Shown here: one piece after another, positions 11,301 through 20,800 of the stretch
Layout of the letters: each line of letters begins with the position of its first letter
How positions within the stretch are numbered: position 1 is the stretch's first letter
Assembly: GCA_963924565.1 (NCBI GenBank)
Contig: OZ004610.1
Coordinates: 5,518,001-5,582,000 of the forward strand
Direction of reading: 5' to 3'
Origin: Ascidiella aspersa
Lineage: Eukaryota
DNA: 64,000 bases
Translations under genes and position numbers: made by a program
Notes under the pieces: generated by a model
What the model saw: only the letters and a program-made list of their open reading frames with translations
The model's database searches: none
What the model was told of the DNA's origin: nothing

Positions 11301-13450
11301 ATCGTAAATTATAGAGGACCTTGCTTTTGTTAGGCCCACAAACAAAAAACACAGAAAATTTATGAATCTATTTTGCAAAAAGATGTACCCTGATTAAGAA
11401 AATACGAACCAAAACAAAGCTATCACTGAAAGCGTGATAAACAAAATCGACCTACTATACGGCACTATTTATGTTTGGCAAAGTTTAGCCTCCATGTTTC
11501 AGCTTGAACAAGGGAAGTCAAGCTTGCAACGTGCGCGGGTTTGCTTAATGCAGGTTGCACGTTTAAACAGGGCTTTTTAACGCCTCTGAACACTAAAGCT
11601 CAGTTATAATTTCTTATTTATCCAACGTTCAATACCAGGGTTTCTTAACCAGGGGTGTGAGAACTGTTCCCAGGGAGTGTTGGGATGCTGAATCAGACAC
11701 AAAAGAAAACTACTGTAATTTATTTCTTTGATCAGTTAAATTTAAACTGACTCACATTTTGGTATTGTGTTATAGTGTTATCAGTTATACTTGTATAAAA
11801 ATAAAATTACAATGGTTTTGTTATTTAAGCAATTCTAGAGGGGGTGCGAGAATTGGTTGGTGATTTGAAAAGGATGCAGCAAGGAAAAAGTTTAAGAACC
11901 ACAGTTCTATACCAAATAGCAGCAAATAGCGCTATAGCTTATAGGCTCATGCACCAACTTGTTCAACCCATTCTACTTTGTGTAGCGGCTCGGAATGCTT
12001 TTGGACAATCTCCAAATGGCCTGTCACTACATCGTGTCTGTCCAGGCGCTTTACGGCTCGATGCGCCACCAGTGGTCAAACACGGCCATAACCGCCTTTT
12101 TCACTCCGCCCTGCGGCGTCATGGAGCCCAATCTTCTTCGGACGTCGAACGATTCTTGTTCCTTCGGTTGGTATTGCACTTTACGCACATATTTTATTGG
12201 CTCCTGCCGACAAATAAGGGCCGTAAAGCTATTGCAAATAATTTGACGCTTCAAACGCATACTGTATATCAAGAGTTGGATTTATTAAATTATAATAATG
12301 AATGGTGTGAAAATCACCACGTTCCGACCAAAATTTAAATGCTTTATTTCGACAGAGACACTAAAAAATGCCGTTGGACAAAGTGGAATTTTTGGTGAAA
12401 TCCGAATTAGATTAGAACTAGAATTAGAGCACATAAGCAATTCACAAATTAGATTAGAATTAGGATTAGTCGCATTTTGATCTAATTTTTCGAATCAGAA
12501 AACTAAAACTAGTTGTCCAACTCGGCATGTTTGGCGAGGCGTAAAACTACAACAACTTTTATGTCTTTTGCAAAAACCAAAGGAACAGTCCCGAGCAGAC
12601 CGCGCAAGTTGACCGCCACAAAACTGCCCGGAACCCGCTCAGTCGTGGTCAATTGGAGGGCGCCGAGGTTTCCCAACACCTGGTCCGACTTTCGCCTTGT
12701 GGGCTACTTCATGTACTCGGACGCTCGCCAACAGCGCGGCTTAAATTACACCTGGTCGGCCATCCCTCTGAAGGTAATGAGAGGTGTTCCTAATAGAAAC
12801 AATCTATTGGAATATTTGTATTCAATGTTGTTATTGATATTAGCGCTGCGTACTCGGAGTTGGTTTGTTTTTCTGAAGTCGGACTCGGGACTCAGGACTT
12901 GTGTAAGACCACGTAAAACTACTCGAGTCCCGAGTCCGACGTATGCATGCCCAATACCAAATTAAAAAAAAAGCTAATTAATTTGACAACAATTTTCGTT
13001 TAATTGGGTTTTTGTAATATATTTCTAATTTGTAAATATTGTTACACAAAAATGGGATACCACTACTTTTTTTTCAAGGTAAACACTTTGGTTTTATTTT
13101 AGTTCTAAAAACTAACGGTCGCTTGTTTTCCGCATATGCATAAGACGGTTTTCAAAGTGTCTTTAACATTTAAGCTATCTAAACAATAAGGCAGGTTCTA
13201 AATCGCTTACAGCCTATATTACAACAGTTTACATGCACAGCAATAAAACTGTGGCATGATTGATTGACCAAAAGCAAACAATACAAGTCAGCGAAAATGC
13301 GCGACGCTCTAACGTCTGTGACTTGTACAGGTTACACCGCATTGGCAGCTGCGTGATCTTCGCCCCGACCGAGTCTATCAAGTCCACGTGCTGGCTGTTT
13401 ACAGCTTAGCAGCCGCCGGTCTAGAAGCTTCGATGCAAATCAGCACCTGA
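2225..13450 (+). CDS. ANOS1: Anosmin-1 (KAL1)-like secreted protein, 14 coding exons, ~612 aa
   Basis: Exons 2225-2328, 2396-2453, 3758-3798, 4219-4420, 4855-5001, 5145-5240, 5732-5861, 6871-6999, 7787-8011, 8575-8691, 9878-9975, 11986-12166, 12583-12773, 13331-13450. They total 1839 nt, are phase-compatible and have no internal stop. Domain order is signal peptide, RCVSRC Cys-box, WAP, 4xFN3. Motifs WYRFRVAPVNVNGTKGF and FFTPPC match anosmin. Confidence 0.92.
2396..2453 (+). CDS. ANOS1: Anosmin exon 2
   Basis: Acceptor TTTTTCCCTATAG; CLQNHAKALLKHRKTLNAS; GC donor G|GCAAGT. Confidence 0.75.
2483..2749. mobile_element. MITE (hAT-like, GTGCCGCG motifs)
   Basis: Termini CAGTGATTCCC / GGGAACCTG; repeated GTGTGCCGCG. 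Confidence 0.65.
3758..3798 (+). CDS. ANOS1: Anosmin exon 3 (Cys box)
   Basis: CCTTCCGCAG| CMAFCEGDIDCMYS |GTAGGA; phase 0 to 2, fits exon 4. Confidence 0.8.
4219..4420 (+). CDS. ANOS1: Anosmin exon 4 (WAP domain N-half)
   Basis: CAYFEDISGTKMGYCP...CTSTCRTDYDCRSNRK; AG/GT boundaries. Confidence 0.9.
4855..5001 (+). CDS. ANOS1: Anosmin exon 5 (WAP end, FN3-1 start)
   Basis: CCVVNCRGFCRPP...AVLIWTQEKN|GTAAGT. Confidence 0.9.
5145..5240 (+). CDS. ANOS1: Anosmin exon 6 (FN3-1)
   Basis: FHPVWTMYLVQQQYRLSRGIPKRFRKWQTITQ; AG/GT. Confidence 0.88.
5732..5861 (+). CDS. ANOS1: Anosmin exon 7 (FN3-1)
   Basis: LRRGYWYRFRVAPVNVNGTKGFT; donor GTGAGT. Confidence 0.92.
6421..6809. mobile_element. MITE rich in GGTTC subterminal repeats
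   Basis: Termini GGAGTCGAACCG / CGGTTCGTCTCC; many CGGTTC units. Confidence 0.7.
6871..6999 (+). CDS. ANOS1: Anosmin exon 8 (FN3-2)
   Basis: PPAPSNL...IQIRW...DLPITG. Confidence 0.88.
7787..8011 (+). CDS. ANOS1: Anosmin exon 9 (FN3-2, Arg-rich)
   Basis: FHVTWVRR...LRRMRMYVSYNVSV; phase 1/1. Confidence 0.85.
8575..8691 (+). CDS. ANOS1: Anosmin exon 10 (FN3-3)
   Basis: KVAPPFLISNNRVSVNITW; donor GTGAGT. Confidence 0.87.
8756..9141. mobile_element. MITE with ATCGG/CCGAT repeats
   Basis: TIR GGATGTCCGATA / TATCGGACATCC; second copy at 59447-59841, fragment at ~24626-24654. Confidence 0.78.
9400..9736. mobile_element. MITE rich in GACTT repeats
   Basis: TIR CAGTGTTG / CAACACTG; relatives at 55763-56247 and ~4430-4535. 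Confidence 0.72.
9878..9975 (+). CDS. ANOS1: Anosmin exon 11 (FN3-3)
   Basis: VVRFMVEWRSQFC; donor GTGAGT. Confidence 0.87.
10043..10216. mobile_element. Family B foldback copy, degenerate hammerhead core (CUAACGA)
   Basis: Aligns by eye with 1773-1985. Confidence 0.72.
10963..11188. mobile_element. hAT-like MITE
   Basis: CAGGGGTTCCAACC / GGTTGGGAACCCCT. Confidence 0.72.
11986..12166 (+). CDS. ANOS1: Anosmin exon 12
   Basis: LDNLQMACHYIVSVQ...FFTPPC. Confidence 0.9.
12583..12773 (+). CDS. ANOS1: Anosmin exon 13 (FN3-4)
   Basis: VPSRPRKLTA...VVVNWRAP...VGYFMY; donor AAG|GTAATG. Confidence 0.85.
13331..13450 (+). CDS. ANOS1: Anosmin exon 14 (FN3-4 end, stop)
   Basis: LRDLRPDRVYQVHVLAVYSLAAAGLEASMQIST*. 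Confidence 0.87.
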   Translation, partial: VTPHWQLRDLRPDRVYQVHVLAVYSLAAAGLEASMQIST

Positions 13451-16400
13451 GCTCATCATAACAGCCCTTTCCTGGGCGGATTTGAGGGATTGGTAAACAC
13501 CAAAAAGAACTTTAATTTTCAAAGAAAAACAAACTGTGCATTTTGCGCGAAAAAAGTTTCTTTTTTTTCCATTTGCTTTCAGACGTTGTTCAGATTCCAG
13601 TGTAAAATACGCAATTTTACACTTGCAATAGTGATGAAACAAGTAGTTGTGATTTGTTAAGCAAATATTTATTTCAGAAATATTTAACTTCCTTTTGCTG
13701 ACCTGCTGTATTATTGCCAATGTATCGTAAGCAAAAATAGTCTCCTCCATTTTACAATTCTGTGCGAAAAACCTGGTAAATCGCTTTCGCAGTTGGTTTA
13801 TATACATTAAATCTGTGGTTTTTCAATTCAATCACTCGGAATTACACCAAAATACATTTACCGGTAGGCTAATCCCTTTTGCTAATTAAGGTATTCGTTT
13901 TACAAACGTTGTAAAACTCTAAAACGTAACGATATACTTCGACAGTGGAATATTGGTGTAAATATCAAGAAAGTCCCTTGATGGAACTCTATCTAACTCT
14001 AATTACTGCTTTTTCTACCTGCCACAAAATCTGACAATTAAACACTGATGTCCTTTCCTTCTGCTGTGCGACCGAGACAGCACCACATGTGTTTTTTTGT
14101 TAATTGTATATTGAAATGTGATGGTAACAGTATCATCGGTACAAGTATAGATACGCGAAACGAACAAGAAGTTTCCGATATACAGAGTGTTATTCTTGGG
14201 TAAATATATTGCAGGTTCACGCCGGGGCTATTGGTTCAAGTTGCACCAAAACGCAACTCACGAACTCGTGCGAAAAATACGATCGTGTCATGTATATTTA
14301 GCTGTCGAGTCAAAACGAAACAGAAGGAATCGTTCAACGCCGAGGGGTGAACTGTGCATGACAAACAAAGTAAACTTAAAATAATTAACAATAATTTTTT
14401 TTCTCCAAAAAAATGGTCGCACATATTTTTTTTAACAATTATTTTCAAATAATACGCGCTTATAGTAGCGCATCGCGCAACACACCAGTAACTTTCAACA
14501 AAACAATGTATCAGATTTTCAAACATTACCGAAACGGGGTTTGGTGGAATAACCATTTGCAACAGTGGTGGGCAGTTTTTAAAATATTTTTTGCTATTTT
14601 ACGATAAAAGAGCTCACAAAAATGACTTTGGGCAACGTTTTACATTTTTCAGCGCGTTGATTTATGCACACGTACCAGATTGCGGCGAATAGTTATACCA
14701 CCACACCCCTGCTTGGGGGTGCAGAACATAAGAAAACGAAAACGGGACGACGTGGTGCTTTTACAAAGGTGCCGTCGTCTAAAGTCGCACTGAAAGGAAC
14801 TTGGAACGAAAGAGACTCGCTACTACCGACCGCACAACAAATGTTGGTTAGTGCGCGGTAATGTGCGAGGGTTGGAACGCTGGCCGTTGGACGACGGGCG
14901 TTCACCCCGACTCTGATGTTACTCCTATACTGGATAAAGAGATTCTACAAGCTATAAGACGCGGAGAGAAATAAACACGATTCGGTGCGCGAGAGAAAAA
15001 GAGAACTGGGGTTAGCGTTGGAAAGGAAGGTTGGTGGGGGGCACAGTCGTCTTTCAGACCCTTTCAGGTAGCGGGAGCAAAGCTGGGTTCTAGGAGTGGG
15101 GTCTGCCTCAGGGGTCAGGGGGTTGGGAAGTGTGTGTAGGGGGAGAAAAGGGGGGGTCGCAACTACGCAAATCAAGTGCTCCACGACTGGGCCGTGATTT
15201 CGAAGCGGGCTTTATAAATAGGCGTTGAAAGAAAACGTTAATGGCTGCTGCCTTGGGTGTGTAAAAAGAAAAGTAAATAGGGGACTGCTGTAGTCGCTGA
15301 GGCGGCGGGAGCTGAAAGCAGATTGGCATTCGAACGAGATGTATTGGTGATTTGCGCGGATGGCTTTGGGTTAAGGGTTCAGATTAAGATTAAGGGGAAA
15401 GAATTTGAGTTGGAGATTAGGAAATGGCCGCGGCTCTTTTTAGCAAATGCAGCAAACCTTAGTGATGCGATACTTAACACAGGCCTGGCTCGTTAATTAA
15501 CTATTAGTTTTACGCAGGAGTTAAATATTTACGCGCGTGGTTACTCAAGAACGAAAAACGGGGGGTTAGGGTTAGAACAAAACAACACCGAAATCTACAA
15601 AGGATATGTATGTACAGGATAAATTGTCTGGGCGCTTGACGGTGGCCATTTGGCCTAACCGGGGAATTGGCGCCGATTCGCGGGCCGAATGAGTTTGCGC
15701 CACTAATGCGTTCAGAACTTTGTTAAGTTAAGGCACAAAGGAAGAGGGTAATGAGCAGCTGTGGAGTCCAAAGATACTAGGTATCACGCGGCGAAGCAAA
15801 TTACCTAAGTCGCTTTGAAGGCTGTTCACTGCGGCGTGCTCGCAAATTTGCAGTTCTGGTTTGTACTTATCAGGACCAGCCCTTTGCATTTCGTGGGTGA
15901 CTAAAGCCGTAACTTATGGAAATCAAAGCTGCAACGTTGCGCCATATCATTATCTGGACGCTTGTTTAGGCGTTTAGAACGCCATCGAAGGTTTGGCGGC
16001 TGCACGGCGCCGTCTTGCGGAGAAGCGTGTCGAAACGCGAGGCCGCTACGTGGCGCCATTGGTTGGTTAGCGTTTGCACATTTAATCGGTTAGCGCGCGA
16101 ACACAAGGAAACACAATAGAGCGAAGAACAAGTGATCGGTTAGGGGTCCACACTGGAATCAAGCGAAATAAATAGGATTTCGCGCGAATTGCCGCATTCG
16201 ATGCTGGTGCCTTGGGCACAGCTGGGGGTGGCCAAAATAACACTGGCGAAAAACGAAATAACGTCAGACGATTGCCGACTTGTGAATGCGACCAAGTGAT
16301 TTTCGCGTCGCGAGAAAGATTTATCAGCGGTATGACAACAAAAAACAAAACAAAGTTGGTGTGGCGAAGAAAGGTGAAAACGTGGGTAAAACGCTGTAAA

Positions 16401-16796
16401 AGGATGCGAAATGTGCGCGTGGGGATGAGTCGAACTCGCCGAGTTAAAAACAGCGGTGCTATTGTTTCGCAGTGTGTGTGTTGTTTAATATTAAGGATGT
16501 CGAACTTATAAAACTTCAACACGAGAAGCTTTTTCCGTGTGTTAAAAACGCGCCATTTGGAAATATGTTAGCGTCGCCATCAGAAAACTGACAAAAGCTG
16601 GGAAGAAAGATTTCGCTAAAATGAAAACAACGGCGTCCACTTGTCACAGTACAAAGTAAAATCGAGACGTCGGGGAACGAACAGGTGCAGGGGTAAAAAC
16701 GCAAGGCGATAAAAACACGAGACCAGGAACATGTAAGTATCTATAATACGGGTCGGTCGTTTCTTGTACGACGAGAAAGCAAAATGTGAGAGCCGT

Positions 16797-16930
16797 ATCA
16801 AAGCCCATACAGAAGTACATAGTTGAAAATGAGTGTACAACCAAATTGAAAATGAATAAAACATAGTGGAAAATTAATGAAGAGTTATTCGAAACGTTAA
16901 AATGCTACCTACTTCTGTATGGGCTTTGAT
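16797..16930. mobile_element. Short MITE/hairpin downstream of the MBNL stop (probable 3'UTR)
   Basis: Perfect 21-bp IR ATCAAAGCCCATACAGAAGTA / TACTTCTGTATGGGCTTTGAT; half-copies at 21026-21089 and 21657-21720. Confidence 0.75.
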
Positions 16931-17635
16931 ATTATTTTTACGTTTACTACAACCTCCAACCATTATGCTCCAAAATGTGAGGGCGAAGTAAGTTGCCGTG
17001 CTGCCGCTTAGCCGTGCGGTCGATAGGTAAAGCGCTTTGCCTGTACACAAAGTGCTGCAGACGTGGCCGCCTGAAAAGGTCATGATTTCTTGCGGTGGCG
17101 TTAATCCAAGGCCATAGCCCGGAGCTAGGCGCCGATAAACCAGGAGTGCTGTTGCAACTTTTGGCCGAAAGGATACACGCTGCCTGCTACGGTTTACACA
17201 CCAAATAAGGGTCTCGGCAACTTGAGATAAAGTAAACTATGGCGCTTATTTAGCCGTCCGATCGATAATGTGTTCGGTTTTTAGTCTGTGGTGAAAAAAC
17301 AATAAAGACAATACTGTCTCGCTTCTGAAGCGAAACAAGGAACCCGATTTCGTTGGCGAGAATGAAAAAAAACACGATATATATGTATATACACACAGTA
17401 CACGGAGAACAGGCACAAAAGGAGAACCAAACGGCGAAATCGGAACACAAAGAGCGAAAAGTGGTACGCGAATATGGGAACAGGGGGGTGGGTTGACAAA
17501 CGAAAAAAAAAATCCGGGGGTTGACAAAAAAGAGCACACAGGGATAAAAACAGCGACGGCTAGTCGCGGTAAAAAGGCTTCGCTTTAAATAGAACGCGAT
17601 CGAAGAGCAATGGAACTTTGCTGAACTGAAGTAGG

Positions 17636-17877
17636 TCATACCCCGGATGGGTCGGCGAGCCCGTTGGGGTAACCGTGGGGCAGAGTAGGGAGAATCCCGC
17701 CGGAAAGGACACCCATAAGGCTGGGGTGACCCAATGCGCTGACCGATTGACCAGCGGGGGCATCTACGGTTGCGAAAGCGGCTAAAGGGTGACCGTCCAT
17801 AATTGACCGGCCCTCCGCGGGGCTTGTTGGGTTAGAGGGAAGGTGGTAGAACTTGCACTGGTGTCGGGTGCAACGCC
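17636..17877 (-). CDS. MBNL: MBNL last coding exon (ZnF6 C-half, stop)
   Basis: [14 protein letters not shown]...DPSGV*. Confidence 0.82.
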
Positions 17878-20800
17878 CTGATGAATAATGGAGAAACATT
17901 GGTTATTCCGGGCTTGCAGGTCAAACGGTGGCAGTCGTGTAAAGATTTGCCATACTTAGTGTTTTATTTTAATTCCGAAAGCCGAACGACAGTGATCGGC
18001 AAACTGTTTCTGCCGCGGCCAAAAAGTACTCAATTGGAGCTATTGAAGCATTACGACAACAGGGTAAAAAAAGAAGGGGAAAGCTTTTAAGCTTTTAGCG
18101 ATGGAAAATTACCCAAAAAGCGTAAATTTACGACGTGCTATTGGCCTATTGCAGCCTTGTATATGGAGTTGCAATTTGCTTCCATGATAAGACACTAATT
18201 ACATTTGTTGCCCAATTTCACGGTGTTTTATTTGAACTATACCTCCTTAGGTAAATGGCGGATTTTGTTCGTTTACCATTTTTGAGATACCTATATATCT
18301 ACATCGATCACAGACCATAATTTTAAAACAACAGAATACGCTAACAAAAATCTAAGCAGTGAAAATGTGTGAGATTTAGAATTCCTTAACCTGGTGCGCG
18401 AAGACGTTTTCTGTGTTTTATCTCAAAAGAAGTGACGCCCTAACAGTTTCGTAGTGCTTTACAAAGTAATACATAATGTAATATTTAGGTTAAAAGCTTG
18501 TGACTGGATCACAAACACTAAGAAATACGGAAAAAATGCTCACTTAACGTTGAACAAATATACATAAAATGGCGCCCATCTTACCTTGGAGTGCGTTGCG
18601 GCAAACGGTCACTTTATCGTCTTTTATTTCAACATAATCTGCAAAGGAAGAAAACTTATTGTTAGCTTGAAAAGGGAAACATTTGGGATAAGCTTATTTT
18701 TGATTGCTGAAACAAAACTGAACTGGCGCAAAAGTGAATTAAAGGAGTTGAAATTACAACAACACAATGCAGCAGTGGCTTAGCGGCCTGCTTTCCACTT
18801 TACAGATTAGTCGAGTCGAAAGGTTGTAGGTCAATAAAATTACGAATGCGGCCGGTGTTATCCGCGAAGAAAACCCACATAAAATGGATGCAAGGAGATG
18901 TGTGCCGTTTTGCTACTATTAGTTAAACTATATTTCTACTTCTACTTTGACCTGATGAAGCACGGTTGTGCGAAAGCTTGTCATGGATCCATACAGTTTG
19001 TCTTTATATAGTGCCACGTTGATTACCCTTAAAATTCGTCAAATACGGCCGTTTACAAATCTTAAAATACTACAGTTAGATTTGAATGGGAAGGAGATTG
19101 ATTCTTTTTTTGTAAGTTTTTTGATTATGGAATAACAAAAGGATTCTATCAGGTTAATTATTTTCCAAAACGTAAATATTGTGCAAATTTGTAAGGTTGA
19201 ACTCAGATGACTTTTGTATAGGTAGATTTTCTTTACCAGACAGCAGTTTTGTAGTAACATCAATTTTGAAAAAAATGGAAAACTATGAAGGTATTACCAC
19301 TGATGTGTAACGGTTATTTCAGCGAAAAAATCTAAATGTAAACGCTTCGAGTGGGTATAATACGAGTAGCCGATATAAAATTGATGATATTAAATGGAAA
19401 TAAAACAAAAAAATAATTGCGCAACTCGTTGCCCGGCGAATTACGGTCGCAAACAAATTACAAGGATTAATTTTCAAACAGAGTGAAAACGAACATATAG
19501 AAAAGGCCGTTCAGGTGTAGTGGTATACCAGCATATTTTGTAGTGGCATACCAGCATATTTTGTAGTGGTATACCAGCATATTTCCTGCAAAAACTTAAT
19601 GTGTGTGCGAGAATCCACTGGAACTGTAGATAGGATAATATGCATAGCGGTCAGAGTCAGGTTCGGCTGAGGCAAAAATTGTTGAATGAGATGCTGTTTC
19701 AAGGTTATGTGGGAAGCACAAAGAAATAAAAAAAAAGTGAAATTTAAAAATTGTGCACGTACGAGTACTACTTGGAAAAATTTGGAGACTTAGACCAAAT
19801 TTTAGGTAAAAGTTGTGATACAGATCTGTTTAAGCTATAGAGAAATCCTCGTTCGTCAAACCGGTCTTGTTGTTCGAAATTGCCGTATGTGGACTTCAGA
19901 GGTTGTAATCCGTTACTGTTTTTGTAATAAAACGCGCGTTTTTAATTTGCGAGCGAAATTAAAAGCTCGCAGCATCTGATATAAAGTGCGGCCATTTTGT
20001 CATCAATTTCATGCTTAATTACATTAGCGCACAAGGTACTGGAGTCGCACGACTCACAAAATGTAATTATTTAAAACAATTAGGAATGGTAACAGCAACA
20101 TTTGGCACAATCGCCGAAGAATTTGGGATTAAAAAGTAATATGCCCAACTAAGGCACCGGACAAAAAAAAACATTGGGAGTTTTAGGACACTGACAAACA
20201 AGACCCATTAAAAGAACATAGTAAAACTACATCCGCATTAATAATGTCATTATTTTTCTGTCGTTCTCAAACGCGTTGTTATTGAGGTCATTTGAAACTC
20301 TAACCCTCTAGTCGACTAGGACAGAATTAATGCGATTCGTGGACGACCCATGGGTTTATAGACACGCGCGCGAAAGAAAGAAAAACGGTGCAAAAAAGTA
20401 ATTAATTCGTGCAGCCGATGTCAGCCCACAAAACACCACGTAAACCAGAGATTGCGTGCAACGCGGGGGGCACATGCTGCCGTTGTAGGTTACAGCCGCC
20501 GATAATTGCTGCTGCGCTATTTCAGCACTTCTTCCCGGGCTCGCTATACCTTCCCGAACGTGAACAAAACGGCAGTAGGGCCGCACGCACTTTCCCGACT
20601 GGTAGTCACGGCACACTGTCATGCTGGTAGCGCCACCCGCGGACTGCTGCTGCTGTTGACTCTGATGCTGTTGCTGTTGATTGGACATTTGGGCTTTCGC
20701 CGTGGCGTATTCGGCGCTGAGCTGTTGTCGCGAACGTCCCAAGGTATAGGCGGGTTGGCGTAAAGCAAGCGGTGAGTAAGGGGAACACGAGGCCGGTTAG

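Noticed and set aside
11844-12338. 164-aa + ORF
   Set aside because: Alternative frame over anosmin exon 12 and a MITE; the real frame is LDNLQMACHY...FFTPPC.
19516-19584. CRISPR-like direct repeats
   Set aside because: No spacers and eukaryotic context; a simple minisatellite.
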